Source of the DNA: an uncultured bacterium
Lineage (GTDB): Bacteria > Auribacterota > CAZIXI01
NCBI GenBank assembly: GCA_964543115.1
Contig: CAZIXI010000003.1
Location: 1 to 39,208, forward strand
Reading direction: 5' to 3'
Length of the DNA stretch: 39,208 nt
Below, piece after piece: positions 36,055-39,208 of this stretch. The translations under genes were made by a program, and so were the position numbers. Below the pieces are notes generated by a model that did no database searches, was not told where the DNA came from, and was given only the letters and a program-made list of their open reading frames with translations. Within the stretch, counting starts at the first letter, position 1, and each line of letters starts with the position of its first letter.

Positions 36055-36810
36055 TCACTTTTCACTCGCTAAACGGTTGATCAAGCCGGCGGCATAGCCG
36101 GCGCCAAAGCCATTATTGATGTTTACCACTACCACCCCGGCCGCACAACTATTAAGCATGGTCAATAACGGGGCAATCCCCTGGAAACTTGCACCATACC
36201 CCACACTTGTAGGCACAGCGATTACCGGCCGGCCCATTAATCCGGCCACCACTCCCGGCAGCGCCCCTTCCATTCCGGCCACGGCCACAATCACCCGGGC
36301 CCGCTCCAATTGATCCGTATAGGCAAACAGGCGGTGAATCCCGGCAATCCCCACATCATAAAGGCGCTCTACCCGCGCACCGACTAATTCCGCCGTTACC
36401 GCCGCCTCTTCCGCCACCTGCCCGTCTGCTGTCCCCGCACTAACCACCGCTACTAAACCCTGCCGCTGCAATTTCTTTTGCACCAGCGTAATCAAATCAG
36501 CATCTCGATTATAATGGGCGCGGGGGAATTTCTGTTTAACCGCGCGGTAAGTTTTTTCATCTGCGCGGGTAGCCAGAATATTACCGCCGCTCCGGGCCAG
36601 TTCCCTGAAAATTGCCACTACCTCTAGAGTCTTTTTACCCTGGCAATAGATCACTTCGGGAAAACCAGTACGTAATGAACGGTGCGTATCAACCTTGGCA
36701 AACCCGATATCCTGAAAAGGCAACCGCTGCAGTTCCCGCAGGGCCTGATCAATGGACATTGTCTTTTTTTGAACCGCTGCTAATAATTTTTTTATACTGT
36801 CCGGATGCAT
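36055..36810 (-). CDS. larB: Nickel-pincer cofactor biosynthesis protein LarB
   Basis: FAKVDTHR..RTGFPEVIY, SAGTAD..VAEEA, DVGIAGIHRL, AGMEGALPGV, PVIAVPTSVGYG, MLNSCA, NINNGFGA. Confidence 0.95.
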   Translation of the reverse strand: MHPDSIKKLLAAVQKKTMSIDQALRELQRLPFQDIGFAKVDTHRSLRTGFPEVIYCQGKKTLEVVAIFRELARSGGNILATRADEKTYRAVKQKFPRAHYNRDADLITLVQKKLQRQGLVAVVSAGTADGQVAEEAAVTAELVGARVERLYDVGIAGIHRLFAYTDQLERARVIVAVAGMEGALPGVVAGLMGRPVIAVPTSVGYGASFQGIAPLLTMLNSCAAGVVVVNINNGFGAGYAAGLINRLASEK

Positions 36811-36839
36811 AATTATGCTCTCTGGCTGATAATCACTTG

Positions 36840-37511
36840 TTACTTCACCACCATATGCCTGATAATATCCCCCACATTCTCTATCCGGTCAGCAATCCGG
36901 GTAATCTTATCCGCCACCTCCACAAGAAAAAATATCGTCACCGGATCCAATTGCTTCTCCAGGGCGAACAACACCTTGAGGAATTCCAGCTCCAAAGTTT
37001 CAACCTGATCCTTGCCCTGCTGAGTATCGGCGACTAACCCGGATAATTCTTTAAATTCCGCCGGAGTATATTCCTTTACTGACATTTGGCAAAACAACTT
37101 TACGCCGCAATTAAGGTTATCCATCATCTTAATCACCCCGGCTCCCAGCCGTTTTAAATGATCCTGAAGTTTTTTGGGAACCTTGGTTTTCCGTAAACTA
37201 AATAACTTAACAATATCCTCACAACAATCAGCGATTCCATCCTGCTGCCGCAGCCAGGCCATAACATCTGAGCGCTGAACAGAAGAAAAAATACTGCGGG
37301 TAAGCCGCTGACGAATATTCTCTTTGATGGCGTCGGCATCCTTCTCCAGCCGGCTGATTTTCTTTGAAAGTTTCTGCAATTTGGCATCGTCCTGGGCCAG
37401 GAAACTTTCTATACCCTGCCGCAGCAAATCCACACAATCACTGGCCTTAGCCAGATGCTCCCAGAGCGGACCCCAGGCCGATCGTCCCCAAAACCCACCA
37501 ATAATCCGCAT
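36840..37511 (-). CDS. DUF47 / TIGR00153 PhoU-like protein
   Basis: LEKDADAIK..IR..L, QDGIADCCED, IADRIENVGD; ATG 37511 with GGAGG upstream. Confidence 0.85.
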   Translation of the reverse strand: MRIIGGFWGRSAWGPLWEHLAKASDCVDLLRQGIESFLAQDDAKLQKLSKKISRLEKDADAIKENIRQRLTRSIFSSVQRSDVMAWLRQQDGIADCCEDIVKLFSLRKTKVPKKLQDHLKRLGAGVIKMMDNLNCGVKLFCQMSVKEYTPAEFKELSGLVADTQQGKDQVETLELEFLKVLFALEKQLDPVTIFFLVEVADKITRIADRIENVGDIIRHMVVK

Positions 37512-37529
37512 ATTTCCTCCGTTTATTTT

Positions 37530-37613
37530 AGCCACGAATTCGCACGAATTCACACGAATTCACACGAATTATTAAAAATAATATTAAAAATTAAATTCGT
37601 GATAATTCCTGGC
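37530..37613. repeat. AGCCAC-ended intergenic inverted-repeat element, copy D (10-bp tandem units)
   Basis: AGCCACGAATT CGCACGAATT CACACGAATT CACACGAATT, AT-only core, then AATTCGTG AT AATTCCTGGC. Confidence 0.82.
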
Positions 37614-37619
37614 CAAAAG

Positions 37620-38558
37620 CTATACCGCTATTTTACTCCTAAAATAATCAATCGTCCCGCTTAAACCTTCTTCCAGGTCAACGCGCGGCTGCCAGCCAAG
37701 GTGTTTTTTCGCCTTAGTAATATCCGGGCAGCGCACTTTAGGGTCATCAACCGGCAAGGGCTTAAAAATAATTTCACTTTTACTATCCGTCAATTCAATA
37801 ATCTTTTCCGCCAAACCCAATAGCGACAGTTCACGGGGATTACCGATATTAACCGATTCGTTGCGATCACTCATTATCAACCGGTAAAGCCCTTCTACCA
37901 TATCAGTGACATAACAGAAACTCCTGGTTTGTTTACCGTCCCCGTATACCGTTACCGGCTCAGAACGCAGGGCCTGACTGATAAAATTAGGAATCGCCCG
38001 GCCGTCATTGAGCCGCATTCGCGGTCCGTGACAATTAAAAATACGGGCAATTTTTATATTAACCTTATGCACATTATGATAGGCCATGGTAATGGCTTCC
38101 GCGAACCTTTTGGCCTCATCATAAACACCCCTGGGTCCCACACAATTGACATTGCCCCAATAATCCTCTTTCTGCGGATGAACCAAAGGATCACCATAGA
38201 TCTCTGAAGTACTGGCCAGCAGCAACACCGCGCCTTTGGCCTTAGCCAGACCAAGGGCATTATGTGTGCCCAATGAACCTACCTTTAAGGTTTGTATCGG
38301 ATAATTAAGATAATCCACCGGGCTGGCCGGAGAGGCAAAATGAAAGATATAATGCAGGGGCCCGGTCAATTCAATAAACTTGCTGATATCATGTTCAACA
38401 AAAGTGAAATCAGGATTACTGCTAAGATGAGCAATATTCTCCTTGTTCCCGGTAATCAGATTATCCATACAGATAACCGCATACCCTTCCTTGAGCAAAC
38501 GATCACAGAGATGTGACCCGATAAATCCCGCTCCTCCGGCAATCAGGCAACGTTTCAC
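37620..38558 (-). CDS. UDP-glucuronate decarboxylase (UDP-xylose synthase)-family SDR
   Basis: [69 protein letters not shown]. Confidence 0.93.
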   Translation of the reverse strand: MKRCLIAGGAGFIGSHLCDRLLKEGYAVICMDNLITGNKENIAHLSSNPDFTFVEHDISKFIELTGPLHYIFHFASPASPVDYLNYPIQTLKVGSLGTHNALGLAKAKGAVLLLASTSEIYGDPLVHPQKEDYWGNVNCVGPRGVYDEAKRFAEAITMAYHNVHKVNIKIARIFNCHGPRMRLNDGRAIPNFISQALRSEPVTVYGDGKQTRSFCYVTDMVEGLYRLIMSDRNESVNIGNPRELSLLGLAEKIIELTDSKSEIIFKPLPVDDPKVRCPDITKAKKHLGWQPRVDLEEGLSGTIDYFRSKIAV

Positions 38559-38605
38559 ACAAACCCCCTATTAATAGATTAATAGTAATATTATCTAAAC
38601 TTGTC

Positions 38606-38634
38606 ATTATAACTATAAATCATTATAAAGACAA
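38606..38634 (-). promoter_or_regulatory. Sigma70-type promoter at the head of the long minus-strand block
   Basis: Minus strand TTGTCT (38634-38629), 17-bp spacer, TATAAT (38611-38606). Confidence 0.7.
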
Positions 38635-38647
38635 GCAAAACAAGCTC

Positions 38648-38676
38648 TTTACCTGCAACCGGCATTTTAGTAAAAT
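38648..38676 (+). promoter_or_regulatory. Possible sigma70-type promoter for the ABC binding-protein gene
   Basis: TTTACC (38648-38653), 17-bp spacer, TAAAAT (38671-38676); ATG begins 8 nt after the -10. Confidence 0.45.
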
Positions 38677-38683
38677 CTTATGC

Positions 38684-39208
38684 ATGAAAAAGATAGTGCT
38701 TTTTTTTATTGGTTTATTACTTACCGCTCCCTCTTCAGCAACCCCCGCGGAAACCGCTTCGTACGGCGGCACATTACATCTGGCCGCGGTTTCGGACCCG
38801 AAGACATTTAATCTCATCATCGCCCAGGAAACCTCTACCACTGAAGCAGTTGGCCTGCTTTTCGAGGGATTAACAAGAACCGATGGTGTAACTTTAGCGG
38901 TGGAACCCGCCCTGGCCGAATCATGGACACACAGCCCTGATGGACTGACCTGGACATTCAACTTACGCCGCGGCGTTAAGTGGTTTGACGGCAAAGAACT
39001 TAGGGCCGCTGATGTGGTGTTTACCTTTAACGACCTGATTTACAATGAAGACATCCCCTGCAGTTCCCGTGATATTTTTACCATTCAGGGGAAAAAGTTT
39101 AAAGTAGAAGAAATCGATAAATACACCGTGCGCATCACCACACCCACACCGTACGCTCCCCTGTTAAGATACCTGGGACAGTCTATTTTACCTAAACATA
39201 TTCTGGGA
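38684..39208 (+). CDS. ABC transporter substrate-binding protein, family 5 (OppA/DppA-like), partial
   Basis: Not in the ORF track; hand translation gives MKKIVLFFIGLLL...YGGTL....SDPKTFN...LFEGL......EPALAESW..SPDGLTWTFNLRRGVKWFDG....AADVVFTF...ILPKHIL, open at the window edge. Confidence 0.92.
   Translation, partial: MKKIVLFFIGLLLTAPSSATPAETASYGGTLHLAAVSDPKTFNLIIAQETSTTEAVGLLFEGLTRTDGVTLAVEPALAESWTHSPDGLTWTFNLRRGVKWFDGKELRAADVVFTFNDLIYNEDIPCSSRDIFTIQGKKFKVEEIDKYTVRITTPTPYAPLLRYLGQSILPKHILG

Overview
Bacterial chromosomal window, probably from a diderm (LPS-making) organism. A PVC-superphylum origin is my impression from lpxK and one hypothetical protein, not a measured result. A co-oriented minus-strand block (38558 to 10930) follows a near-consensus sigma70 promoter. 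In order it carries a UDP-glucuronate decarboxylase, DUF47, larB, larC, a PilB/GspE ATPase, pilD, aroC-aroK-aroB, a QLELF-tailed hypothetical, dprA, topA, a 2189-aa multidomain outer-membrane protein, xerC, waaA, a PTS IIA, lpxK, two diguanylate cyclases and a DUF362-ferredoxin. A plus-strand block (4441-10939) holds a K+ channel, a WYLAEG-repeat secreted protein and two paralogous phage-fibre-like secreted proteins. The left end has a thioesterase, a Tat-DUF362 protein, a membrane polyferredoxin and a partial GT-C glycosyltransferase; a partial ABC peptide-binding protein lies at the right edge. The most unusual signal is a layered set of very small repeats: GTAG-type REP hairpins, 7/9/10-nt tandem inverted arrays, and 13-27 bp hairpin or 25-bp units. 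The small units sit nested inside the other repeats (four stacked in one REP loop, separated by GCAG), and units or arrays also lie in frame inside aroB, a GGDEF domain and the giant protein. I see no enzyme for this activity in the window, and no rRNA, tRNA, CRISPR array or transposase.
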